A stretch of DNA of 59,020 bases from a virus (IMGVR_UViG_3300034094_000170:1-59020), one strand, 5' to 3'; positions 49,091-57,635 are shown, numbered from the stretch's first letter. The notes: generated by a model not told the origin, from the sequence alone. Made by a program: numbers and translations.

Positions 49091-49304
49091 AGGTTTATAT
49101 TTTTAATTCAGTATTTCAATTCGGTTGTTTGCTCTTACTGAATTAAATATACCAATAAAAAGCTAGTTGTAAACATATTTTAGTTTTGATTTTTATATCA
49201 AATAACAAAAAACTTATAAGTTATAATCATATATTTTAATGTTGAAAAATCACATATTTAAGTTAGGATTATCAATTATCTATGTCAAAATTTAGGAAAC
49301 AAAA

Positions 49305-51389
49305 ATGGAATTACACGCCAGGAGATTTATAGTTAATGGTAAATTTATTACACAAGATTTGATAGAGCATCTTAAAGGTGTTGCCAACAAATCAAGTGAT
49401 AAATTTAAAAATATTTCAGTTGATTTAAAAACATTAGCTTTTTATGCAGGGCTATTACATGACGTTGGAAAAGCTAAAAAATCATGGCAAAAATATATGT
49501 TTAAAAAATCGTGGGAAAAACATCTAACAAAAAAATCAGATAAAAAAAAATCAAAAGTTGAAATGGTTTTCCACTCATCAGAGGGTGCTAGAGCTATCAT
49601 GGAACTGTCAGGTGATGACTACCACCCGCTTGCATGGATTATTCAAGCGCATCACACAGAGTTAAAAAACCAAAGTGATTTAGGAAGTGATTATTTTATT
49701 GAAAATTCTAAACATTGGAAAACTTGCCTTGACCGTGTTTTTCCTGGGTTTGATATCAATAAAATTCCAAAATTAAAATTAAATATTTTAAAAAAAGAGT
49801 TGGCAATCAGGATGTTGTATTCAGTTTTAGTTGATTCTGATAGGCTTGATGCTCAAGAATTTGAAGAAAGATATTATAAAAACGTTGTTACACATAAACC
49901 ATCTATCTTGACTGTCTGTAATATATGGTCAAATATACCAGTACCACCACCGGAAAACACTTTGGTATCGGTTGAGCGTAAATATTTTAGAGATATTGTC
50001 AGTGGTTATATCAAAGATAAAAAAACCTGTTACCGATTAATTGGTGCTACTGGAGTAGGAAAAACACTTACATCACTCAACTTTGCATTAGAGCATTGCA
50101 AATATCATAATATGGATGGATTGATTTATGTTGCTCCGTACAAGTCAATCATTGACCAAACTGCTAAGATATATCGTGAATTGTTGAGTGATGATGCTGT
50201 TTTGGAACATCACTCCGATTTTGTACCTAAACCTAAAGATGAAAATGATTATAAGTTATCTTGCCAAAGGTGGGATTATCCGGTGATAGTTACTACTGCG
50301 GTACAATTTTTTGAGTCAATATTTTCTAACAAATCTACCCGATGTCGCAAGCTTCAAGGATTACTCAATAAGGTGATTTTGATTGATGAATACCAAACTA
50401 TTCCACCTAATTTAATTGAATCAATTGCCGATATTTTAAAAAATTTAGTTGAAGATTTTGGATGCACTGTAGTTTTAATGTCAGCTACAGCACCAAATTT
50501 ATCGGGTTTTAATTTACCCCATGTTGACATGATTCCACAATCAGAAGTAAATCGTCAATTTGAAGTTTTGCAGCGTTGTGAGTATGAATTTAAGGAGTTT
50601 GATTATCAAGAAATAGCTAATTTTCCTGGTAAAAAACTTGTAATCGTAAACACCACGAAAACAGCATTAAATTATTTTCAATATTTTGATAGTGTCCAAC
50701 CGGGACAATGGCTACACTTATCATCTCGGATGTGTGTTTCACATCGTAAAGAAGTGATTAAAAAATTAAAAACTGGTAAATATAATTGTGTCAGCACTCA
50801 GATTGTGGAAGCAGGGATTGATATTGATTACCCCACAGTTTTTACAGAAGAATGTCCTTTTGATTCATTGATTCAACGTGGTGGACGTTGTAATCGTGAA
50901 GGTAAATTACCGTCAATGGGTAAAGTTTTTATCATCCCTTGCAGCAATTATCCTGGTCAAGAATACAGACAGTTGGCAATTACAACATCTAATTATATTT
51001 TAAACCATAAAGGCTTTAAACCTGATGAATTGGTTGGCTTATTGAGTAAATATTTTAGTGTGAGAAATTCTAATATTTCATCTGAAATTCAAGATTTAAG
51101 AAAGAATTTAATGTTTAAAGATGTCAACGATAAATTCAAAGTGATTGAGGATGGTATGCCTAATGTTTTATGTGAATGGGGTGATGGAATACAATTAATT
51201 AATCAGTTAAAAAATAAACCAAAATTGACACCTAATGAATGGAAACAATTACAACAATTTACTGCAACAATTTTACCCAAGGATGATAATTTTAAAAATG
51301 TTGTAGAATATGATAATGGTATGAGAGTTTGGAATGATGGATATGATGATAATTTTGGAGTATATATTCAAACTTCATATATTATTTAA
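49305..51389 (+). CDS. cas3: Cas3 HD nuclease-helicase
   Basis: EHL, LLHDVGK, HS, HH, LVDSD (HD domain); ATGVGKT, IDEYQ, MSAT, STQIVEAGIDID, QRGGRCNREG (helicase). Confidence 0.93.
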   Translation: MELHARRFIVNGKFITQDLIEHLKGVANKSSDKFKNISVDLKTLAFYAGLLHDVGKAKKSWQKYMFKKSWEKHLTKKSDKKKSKVEMVFHSSEGARAIMELSGDDYHPLAWIIQAHHTELKNQSDLGSDYFIENSKHWKTCLDRVFPGFDINKIPKLKLNILKKELAIRMLYSVLVDSDRLDAQEFEERYYKNVVTHKPSILTVCNIWSNIPVPPPENTLVSVERKYFRDIVSGYIKDKKTCYRLIGATGVGKTLTSLNFALEHCKYHNMDGLIYVAPYKSIIDQTAKIYRELLSDDAVLEHHSDFVPKPKDENDYKLSCQRWDYPVIVTTAVQFFESIFSNKSTRCRKLQGLLNKVILIDEYQTIPPNLIESIADILKNLVEDFGCTVVLMSATAPNLSGFNLPHVDMIPQSEVNRQFEVLQRCEYEFKEFDYQEIANFPGKKLVIVNTTKTALNYFQYFDSVQPGQWLHLSSRMCVSHRKEVIKKLKTGKYNCVSTQIVEAGIDIDYPTVFTEECPFDSLIQRGGRCNREGKLPSMGKVFIIPCSNYPGQEYRQLAITTSNYILNHKGFKPDELVGLLSKYFSVRNSNISSEIQDLRKNLMFKDVNDKFKVIEDGMPNVLCEWGDGIQLINQLKNKPKLTPNEWKQLQQFTATILPKDDNFKNVVEYDNGMRVWNDGYDDNFGVYIQTSYII

Positions 51390-51642
51390 TTCCGACAACC
51401 TAGAGGTGTACAGCTAACAATGTCTAAAAAATAGTCTACACCTCTCACCACACAACCCTTTGAGCGATTCTAACTTAAAAATAGGTTGGCGGAAACGCTA
51501 GAATACTTATGGGTAAACATTTTTTGATGATTATTACTAATATCCACTTGACAAATAATGAATACATTTGCTATTATTAATTCAGGTTGTCGGAATCAAA
51601 CCTTGAAAACTAAATATATCAAGGGTTTGAAAAGCAATGCAA
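51390..51642 (+). promoter_or_regulatory. CRISPR leader with promoter
   Basis: TTGACA(51548)-18 nt-TATTAT; inverted TTCCGACAACCT/AGGTTGTCGGAA; CCTTGAAAACTAAATATATCAAGGGTTT next to repeat 1. Confidence 0.75.
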
Positions 51643-52119
51643 GTATCAACTCCTAGCAATGGGAGTTGCGAATTGAAACATATCGGTGTTCGAGTTGTTC
51701 CCCCTTGCTCACCTGTATCAACTCCTAGCAATGGGAGTTGCGAATTGAAACATCACCTATGAGCAAAAAATCGATAATGCTATTCAAGTATCAACTCCTA
51801 GCAATGGGAGTTGCGAATTGAAACGCGTGGCTTGGCTTGCCTTGCTTGGCTGTGAGAGAAAAGTATCAACTCCTAGCAATGGGAGTTGCGAATTGAAACA
51901 AGCCTTCCTGAACACTGCCAACAGCCCCAATGTAAGTATCAACTCCTAGCAATGGGAGTTGCAAATTGAAACGATTTGTTCTATGTTGGTAATACTATCA
52001 GCATTTAGCAGTATCAACTCCTAGCAATGGGAGTTGCGAATTGAAATAATTATCCGACGCGATACCAATGATGAAATATTTGGTATCAACTCCTAGCAAT
52101 GGGAGTTGCGAATTGAAAT
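51643..52119 (+). CRISPR. CRISPR array: 7 x 37-nt repeat GTATCAACTCCTAGCAATGGGAGTTGCGAATTGAAAC, 6 spacers of 35-38 nt
   Basis: Repeats start at 51643, 51715, 51788, 51863, 51936, 52011 and 52083; stem CAACTCC/GGAGTTG followed by an 11-nt handle. Confidence 0.97.
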
Positions 52120-52232
52120 CATGAATTGGTCATTAACAATCTCGTTTTTATCGAGATTGAGAATTGAAACCAATCATGGCTTGCAGACCATTTCTAAACA
52201 ACAATTAGAAATGAGAATTAAAATACGATAAT
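52120..52232 (+). CRISPR. Short-spacer extension of the array with two sequence-divergent repeats (mini-array 3)
   Basis: 17 nt, then CAATCTCG/CGAGATTG + AGAATTGAAAC; 18 nt, then CATTTCTAA/TTAGAAATG + AGAATTAAAAT. Confidence 0.75.
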
Positions 52233-53567
52233 TTGACACTCCCCGCTCTAAAGAGACGGGGATTCTTGGTTCACAGAGATTACTTGCTTAGACAGAATTG
52301 CTTCTGAAAAAGTAGAGGTATTCTCTCCCCAAGCGTTTATTGGGTCGAGCCCAAAGGTTCCGGTATGCCCTACCGTACTTAGTCCCCTTTTAAGGATGTT
52401 GATTGCGGCGTTTTCATCCCTATCCAAAACACATCCACACTTGCACTGATGGGTTCTAGTCGATAAAGATTTTTTGACAGTTTCACCACAGTTTGAACAG
52501 TTTTGGCTTGTATAGTTCGGTGCGACAGCAATCGTTATCTTGCCAAATTTAACCCCAAAATACTCTATCCATTCCCGAAACTGATACCAGGCCGCATCAT
52601 TTATCGATTTAGCTAGACAATGATTCTTGACTAAGTTCTTAACTCTTAAATCCTCGTAGGCTATCACATCGCTAGAGTGAACTACGCACCTTGCTAATTT
52701 CACAGCAAAGTCTTGACGTTGCCTACTTACTTTAAGATGAGCTTTAGCTAATCTTTGTCTAGCTTTTTGACGATTTTTACTTCCCTTTTTCTTTTTAGAT
52801 AATCGCCTTTGAAGTCGTTTTAATCGTTTCTCAGACTTTCTCAAGAATTGAGGATTATCAACCTTGTTGCCATTGTTATCTGTATAGAAAGAAGCCAAAC
52901 CTACATCTAAGCCAATACACTTACCTGATGGTTTAACATCTTCTTTAACGTCACAAGAAAGGACAAATTGACAATAATAACCGTCCGCTCTCCGAATCAA
53001 CCTAACCCGTTTAATATCGGATTCTTGAAAGTACCCTAAATCCCAAGTTCCTACCAACTTAAGAACACCAATGTTTTTCTTGTCAGTGAACTTAACAGTT
53101 TTCGGGCTAAGAAGCTTCCATCCTGATTGTTTGTATTCAACAGAGCGAGATTTTTTAAATTGAGGATACCCCTTTTTGCCTGATACTTTACGTTTACAGT
53201 TGTCGTAAAAACGACTAATTGAACTCCAAGCACGTTCAGCACTTGCCTGTCTAGCAGTTGAATTAAGTTCATCGGCAAATTTAAAGTCCTGAGCTAATTC
53301 TTTAGAATATCGGTATAAATCGTTCTTACCCGTACCTTTTGTATCCATCCATAACCTTACACATTTGTTACGGATGAATTGAGCAGTACGAATAGCATCG
53401 TCTATGGCTTGATACTGTTGAGTTTTAGCTTTAACTTTAAACTCTAAGACAAACATTTTACGCAGGGGGGACTTAGACAAAATCAGTATAGCACAATAAA
53501 AGTTAAGTTAACAAGCTATAGTTTAAAAAGCCGTCCTAAAAGGACGGGGCTTTAACCCAAAATTTCG
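52233..53567 (-). mobile_element. IS200/IS605-family element with tnpB only (IS1341-like)
   Basis: Right-end hairpin GAATCCCCGTCTCTTTAGAGCGGGGAGTGTCAA; left-end hairpin near 53530-53550, preceded by TTTAC; left boundary approximate. Confidence 0.8.
52248..53456 (-). CDS. tnpB: TnpB RNA-guided endonuclease
   Basis: RuvC motifs GLDVG, YEDL and DRDENAA; zinc finger CSNC...CKC; likely ATG at 53456. Confidence 0.92.
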   Translation of the reverse strand: MFVLEFKVKAKTQQYQAIDDAIRTAQFIRNKCVRLWMDTKGTGKNDLYRYSKELAQDFKFADELNSTARQASAERAWSSISRFYDNCKRKVSGKKGYPQFKKSRSVEYKQSGWKLLSPKTVKFTDKKNIGVLKLVGTWDLGYFQESDIKRVRLIRRADGYYCQFVLSCDVKEDVKPSGKCIGLDVGLASFYTDNNGNKVDNPQFLRKSEKRLKRLQRRLSKKKKGSKNRQKARQRLAKAHLKVSRQRQDFAVKLARCVVHSSDVIAYEDLRVKNLVKNHCLAKSINDAAWYQFREWIEYFGVKFGKITIAVAPNYTSQNCSNCGETVKKSLSTRTHQCKCGCVLDRDENAAINILKRGLSTVGHTGTFGLDPINAWGENTSTFSEAILSKQVISVNQESPSL

Positions 53568-53587
53568 GTAAAGTGAAAAAAGACGAT

Positions 53588-53623
53588 AAAAACCCCTGAT
53601 ACGTCTCTATACCAGGGGTTTTT
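53588..53623. terminator. Bidirectional intrinsic terminator (probably the original end of the CRISPR transcript)
   Basis: AAAAACCCCTG...CAGGGGTTTTT. Confidence 0.65.
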
Positions 53624-53757
53624 CAAACAAAACAAACAAAAGAAATAATTGAAACATATCAATTTATGTTGTTATGACTACAAATAAAACAATTAATATT
53701 TTGTCATAACCATAACAACATCAACATTGTAACCTAAACACCTAAAGGTGTCAAGTT

Positions 53758-53994
53758 TTAATTTATGTTGATTTTACTCACTTTTTCTTTAACTTCTTTA
53801 ATCCAATTTATTGCAGGTTGATTGAGTTTGATTTGTTCCTCTGTATTTTGCCCTAAATTTTTTAGATGATTTGATAATCGACCATTGTTGATTTTTTCTT
53901 GTAACTGCAATTTTAATTGCTCAACTTCTTTAATTAAATCATCTCTTTCTTGCTCTAAAGCTTTGATGTTTGCTTGTTTTTTGATGTCATTCAT
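53758..53994 (-). CDS. Small coiled-coil hypothetical protein
   Basis: 78 aa; a TGCTATGAT -10-like element lies upstream. Confidence 0.55.
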   Translation of the reverse strand: MNDIKKQANIKALEQERDDLIKEVEQLKLQLQEKINNGRLSNHLKNLGQNTEEQIKLNQPAINWIKEVKEKVSKININ

Positions 53995-54054
53995 TGTTTT
54001 GCCTTGTTGTTTTACATATTTATATCATAGCACAAAATACAGCTTTTGCAATAC

Positions 54055-54083
54055 TTGACATATTTGTTGACAATGTGTAAAAT
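54055..54083 (+). promoter_or_regulatory. Sigma70-type promoter
   Basis: TTGACA-17 nt-TAAAAT. Confidence 0.65.
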
Positions 54084-54336
54084 AAGAATACTAAGATATA
54101 ATAACAAATAAATATGGTAACAGTAACTTGGCAAAATGAGCAAAAAAGATGTTTCCAGTCAACAGGTAAAATTAACAGTGATGGCGATTTTATCTATAAC
54201 GGTAACTGGGTATCATATCTTGATAAATATAATTACTCTTTTCATCAATTTTAAGGAGTAAAAGGAAAAAAAAGAAATTATCAAAAAAGGTAATTTTGAG
54301 ATTGTTTAATTTTTTAGTTAAAATAAAGGAAAAAGC

Positions 54337-54558
54337 ATGAGTTATGTAGCAGATAGAGATTGGCTAGAAAGTTTGAAAGTTGGTGATAAAGTTGTCGTAA
54401 AAGACAACAAAAACGCCATAAAACCAATCAACGCAATAATAACAAAGGTTACAAAAAAACTCATTTATGCAAACTATAACGAGTTTTCAAGACAGTCAGG
54501 AAAGATTAATACCAACAAGAGCGGAAGCAATTATTATTACCTGAGCAAAAGAGAGTGA
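54337..54558 (+). CDS. Small hypothetical protein (SH3-like LKVGDKVVV)
   Basis: AAGGA Shine-Dalgarno-like element; 73 aa. Confidence 0.55.
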   Translation: MSYVADRDWLESLKVGDKVVVKDNKNAIKPINAIITKVTKKLIYANYNEFSRQSGKINTNKSGSNYYYLSKRE

Positions 54559-54598
54559 ATTGACACTCCCCGCTCTGAAGAGACGGGGATTCTACATT

Positions 54599-55780
54599 CT
54601 ACGTCAGAATTTGCTCAACCAGGTTTTCACCAAGAAGAGTAGAGACTCCAACTCCTGTAGCGTTAATTCGGGAATGCCCTTCCCTATTTTTAGCTAAATT
54701 CAGAATGTTAATTGCAGCGTTTGTATCTCTGTGCAACTCACATCCACAAGTACAAACATGGGTGCGAGTTGATAGAGATTTTTTCACAATTACCCCACAA
54801 TTAGAACATTTCTGTGAAGTGTAATGGGGTGGAACTGGTATTGCCAATTTATCAAATTTAGCTGCAAAATATTCTATCCATTGTCGGAACAAATACCAAC
54901 TGGCATCACTAATTGATTTAGCTAAACAGTGGTTTTTAACTAAATTCTTAACACTTAAATCTTCGTAGGCTACTACATCGTTAGATGTGCATACGTTACG
55001 CGCTAGTTTTTTAGCGTGTTCATTCCGTTGCCTGCTTACTTTTAAGTGTTTTTTAGCGTAAACTTTTCTGGCTTTCCGTCTTCCTGATGAACCTTTAACC
55101 TTTTTATAGATTTGTCTCTGAGATTTTTTAATCGACGTTTCCGCCTTTCTTAGAAACTTGGGATTTGGTTCTTGATACCCGTTAGAGTCTGTATAGAAAG
55201 ATTCTATTCCAACATCCAGTCCGATTTCCTTTCCGGTTTTCGGTTGAACATCAGTGACGGTAATATTCAGGCAAAATTGACAGTAATATCCATCAGCGCG
55301 ACGAATTAAACGAATCCGTTTAATATCTTTGACGTTGTAAGTATGGATATCCCATTTTCCTAAAAGTTTAAGTTCACCAATACCTTTTTTGTCAGTTATG
55401 GTAATTCTTCTTTTAGTGGGATGCAATGACCAACCCGATGTTTTATATTCAACAGAACGACAATCTTTCTGAAATCTAGGAAATCCTTTCTTTCCAGAAA
55501 CCTTTTTCTTACAATTTTCGTAAAAACGAGAAATTGCCGACCATGCTCGTTCCGCAGCAGCTTGTACTGCCATTGAATTTAAGTCTTTGACAAAATCGAA
55601 TTGTGAACGAAGTTCTGTAGAATACTTGTTTAAAGCAAATCGATTAATTTTGGTATCTTTAGGTGCGTCCATCCAATACCGAATAGACTTGTTTCTAATA
55701 AACTGTACCGTTTTAATCGCCTCATCAATCGCTTTGTACTGATGAGGTTTTGCTTTGATTTTGTATTCTATAACTATCAT
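54599..55780 (-). CDS. tnpB: TnpB RNA-guided endonuclease
   Basis: GLDVG, YEDL, HRDTNAA; CSNC...CTC. Confidence 0.92.
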   Translation of the reverse strand: MIVIEYKIKAKPHQYKAIDEAIKTVQFIRNKSIRYWMDAPKDTKINRFALNKYSTELRSQFDFVKDLNSMAVQAAAERAWSAISRFYENCKKKVSGKKGFPRFQKDCRSVEYKTSGWSLHPTKRRITITDKKGIGELKLLGKWDIHTYNVKDIKRIRLIRRADGYYCQFCLNITVTDVQPKTGKEIGLDVGIESFYTDSNGYQEPNPKFLRKAETSIKKSQRQIYKKVKGSSGRRKARKVYAKKHLKVSRQRNEHAKKLARNVCTSNDVVAYEDLSVKNLVKNHCLAKSISDASWYLFRQWIEYFAAKFDKLAIPVPPHYTSQKCSNCGVIVKKSLSTRTHVCTCGCELHRDTNAAINILNLAKNREGHSRINATGVGVSTLLGENLVEQILT

Positions 55781-55872
55781 TGATTCGACCTGTCAATGGG
55801 TTGTCTGTTTGCTACTATCAACCTTAACACAGTAAACTAGATTTGTCGATAAAAATATCAGAACAACCAAAT

Positions 55873-56283
55873 ATGAAACTGAAGTCTATAGATTACAAGC
55901 ATTACAACCACTCAGTCGGATTAGCTTGTGTCCACCTGGTTTGGATTCCAAAACGAAGAAAGCGTGTGCTAGTTGGAAACGTAGCAACACGCTGTCGGGA
56001 GATATTTTATGAATTAGCAATTGAGAAAGAATGGGAGATTAAAGCACTGGAGATAGCTCCTGACCATATTCATTTATTTATCTGCCATCAACCTAATTAT
56101 TCGATTAGTCAGATTGTGCAAGCTTTCAAAGGGAGATCGTCGTGTTACCTCAGAAGAGAATTTCCTGATTTACTGAAACTTCCTAGTTTATGGACTCGCT
56201 CCTATTTTCACACAACTGCTGGTAGTGTTAGCTCGAAAGTTATCATGGAATATATTAATGACCCCCATCACAGTACCCATTAA
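55873..56283 (+). CDS. tnpA: IS200-type Y1 transposase
   Basis: HLVWIPKRR, PDHIHLF (HUH), LWTRSYF, EYI (catalytic Tyr). Confidence 0.92.
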   Translation: MKLKSIDYKHYNHSVGLACVHLVWIPKRRKRVLVGNVATRCREIFYELAIEKEWEIKALEIAPDHIHLFICHQPNYSISQIVQAFKGRSSCYLRREFPDLLKLPSLWTRSYFHTTAGSVSSKVIMEYINDPHHSTH

Positions 56284-56366
56284 AAGACAGGCGCTTAAAA
56301 GCGCTGCTTGCCTTCATCCACGAACTGAAGTTACGTGGTTTTCGGCTCTGCCAATAATAAACTGAT

Positions 56367-56403
56367 AAAACCCCGTGATTAATATAATCACGGGGTTTTT
56401 TTT
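56367..56403 (+). terminator. Intrinsic terminator
   Basis: AAAACCCCGTGATT...AATCACGGGGTTTTTTTT. Confidence 0.7.
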
Positions 56404-56507
56404 ACAACCGTTGCGCTACTTATTTGGTAGTATCCAAAAAGTTCTAAATTTATCATATCATATTTTCAATTAATGTTATAATTAATTTAGTACAATAAAC
56501 AAACAAA

Positions 56508-56723
56508 ATGAAAACAGTACCATTAACAAAAGAAAATCTTTCACCTGATGTAATTCTAAACCTTAAAAAATTAAATATTAACATTGATGATTGTTTTATT
56601 ATGAAAGATTATTGGAATTTTAACTTTTCCAGACAAAATGGTAGAATTATACACGGTCAGGATGAGTATAAAATTTGGAGAGATGTAATCGGAGGTGATT
56701 GGTTGTGGGTAGAAAATCAATAA
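56508..56723 (+). CDS. Small hypothetical protein upstream of mini-array 4
   Basis: 71 aa; TGTTATAAT at 56474-56482. Confidence 0.55.
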   Translation: MKTVPLTKENLSPDVILNLKKLNINIDDCFIMKDYWNFNFSRQNGRIIHGQDEYKIWRDVIGGDWLWVENQ

Positions 56724-56735
56724 TATAATATTAAA

Positions 56736-56875
56736 AAAATTAAAATAGATGAGCGACTAACTAACAATACATAATTAATTATGTATTGAGAATTGAAATA
56801 GATGAGCGACTAACTAACAATACATAATTAATTATGTATTGAGAATTGAAATAATTATGTATTGAGAATTGAAAC
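56736..56875 (+). CRISPR. Short-spacer CRISPR-like mini-array 4 (53-nt tandem unit)
   Basis: [AGATGAGCGACTAACTAA + palindrome CAATACATAATTAATTATGTATTG + AGAATTGAAAT] twice, then a half repeat ending AGAATTGAAAC. Confidence 0.7.
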
Positions 56876-56890
56876 AAATGAGTAAATAAA

Positions 56891-56925
56891 TTTAAAACCC
56901 ACTAATCAATTAGTGGGTTTTAAAA
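56891..56925. terminator. Bidirectional terminator
   Basis: TTTAAAACCCACTAAT-CA-ATTAGTGGGTTTTAAA. Confidence 0.7.
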
Positions 56926-56926
56926 A

Positions 56927-57253
56927 CTAAACAATCATACTAACAACATTGCCTAATTCAACTTTATGAAGCAGTAGTATTAAATTTTTAATTTTAACAG
57001 CTATTGCTTTTGTTAATTTTGAAATTTCATAGATATTGTTATCCACAACAAAACCTTGTCGGTTTATTGTACTAACATGAATAACTGTTTTGGGTGTGAG
57101 AGGTGGAGCAGAATAACATTTGCTCACCTTTATATAATGCTGATATCCATAATCATATAAAGCAATTTGATTGTTATTAGAATCAACATCTATCTTAAAA
57201 CCCATCATTGTTAAAATCTTAGTGTCGTCATTATTAAAAGTGAATCGTGGCAT
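56927..57253 (-). CDS. Hypothetical protein
   Basis: 108 aa, converges on the terminator; AGGA upstream. Confidence 0.55.
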   Translation of the reverse strand: MPRFTFNNDDTKILTMMGFKIDVDSNNNQIALYDYGYQHYIKVSKCYSAPPLTPKTVIHVSTINRQGFVVDNNIYEISKLTKAIAVKIKNLILLLHKVELGNVVSMIV

Positions 57254-57404
57254 ATATAAAAATCCTAAAAAATATTATAATAGTATACCACATAAAAAAG
57301 CATTTATCCTTGTATGTAAATGCTTTTTTATTTATATGATACAACCATATTATAGCATACAAAAAGGTTTTGTCTACAGTTTTTTATCTCATAATTAAAA
57401 TATT

Positions 57405-57635
57405 TTATTTTTTAACAATTTCAATTTCACCATTAACCCAAGCGACAAGAAGCTGTCCTAAGTTTAACCCCATCGACTGAAGTTTTTGTTGCAACATTTC
57501 TTTATCTTTACCACGCAGTCTACAAGTTGCACTGGTAAATTTTACTTGGTCTATCGTTTTTTTGTTACCACCAGGTATAAGATTTGCAAGTTGGGCAGGG
57601 GATGAGTTGTAAGGTTTTGTTCTGTTTGTTTTCAT
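57405..57635 (-). CDS. Small putative DNA-binding regulator (RHH/CopG-like), divergent from the primase
   Basis: Beta-strand then two helices pattern TCRLRGKDKEMLQQKLQSMGLNLGQLL. Confidence 0.4.
   Translation of the reverse strand: MKTNRTKPYNSSPAQLANLIPGGNKKTIDQVKFTSATCRLRGKDKEMLQQKLQSMGLNLGQLLVAWVNGEIEIVKK

Larger units (their letters stand above)
54560..56356 (-). mobile_element. IS605-type element with divergent tnpA and tnpB
   Basis: Right end nearly identical to that of the 52233 element; left-end hairpin CCACG/CGTGG near 56318-56338; left boundary approximate. Confidence 0.85.

Noticed and set aside
45888-51389. Absence of cas6 as a defect
   Set aside because: Type I-C normally uses Cas5d for crRNA processing.
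51752-51787. Spacer 2 resembling the phage's own scaffold gene (AAAAAATCGATAATGCTAT vs AAAAAATTGAAAATGCTAT near 43215-43233)
   Set aside because: Only a 19-nt AT-rich core with two mismatches and non-matching flanks; not credible self-targeting. I saw no full protospacer for any spacer in this window by eye.
53640-53725. ATAATTGAAAC handle-like word and ATGTTGTTATG/CATAACAACAT inverted repeat
   Set aside because: No stem directly before the handle; function cannot be supported.
52120-56890. Several short spacers contain ATG, hinting at start-codon targets
   Set aside because: Too few AT-rich sequences to distinguish from chance without real target matches.
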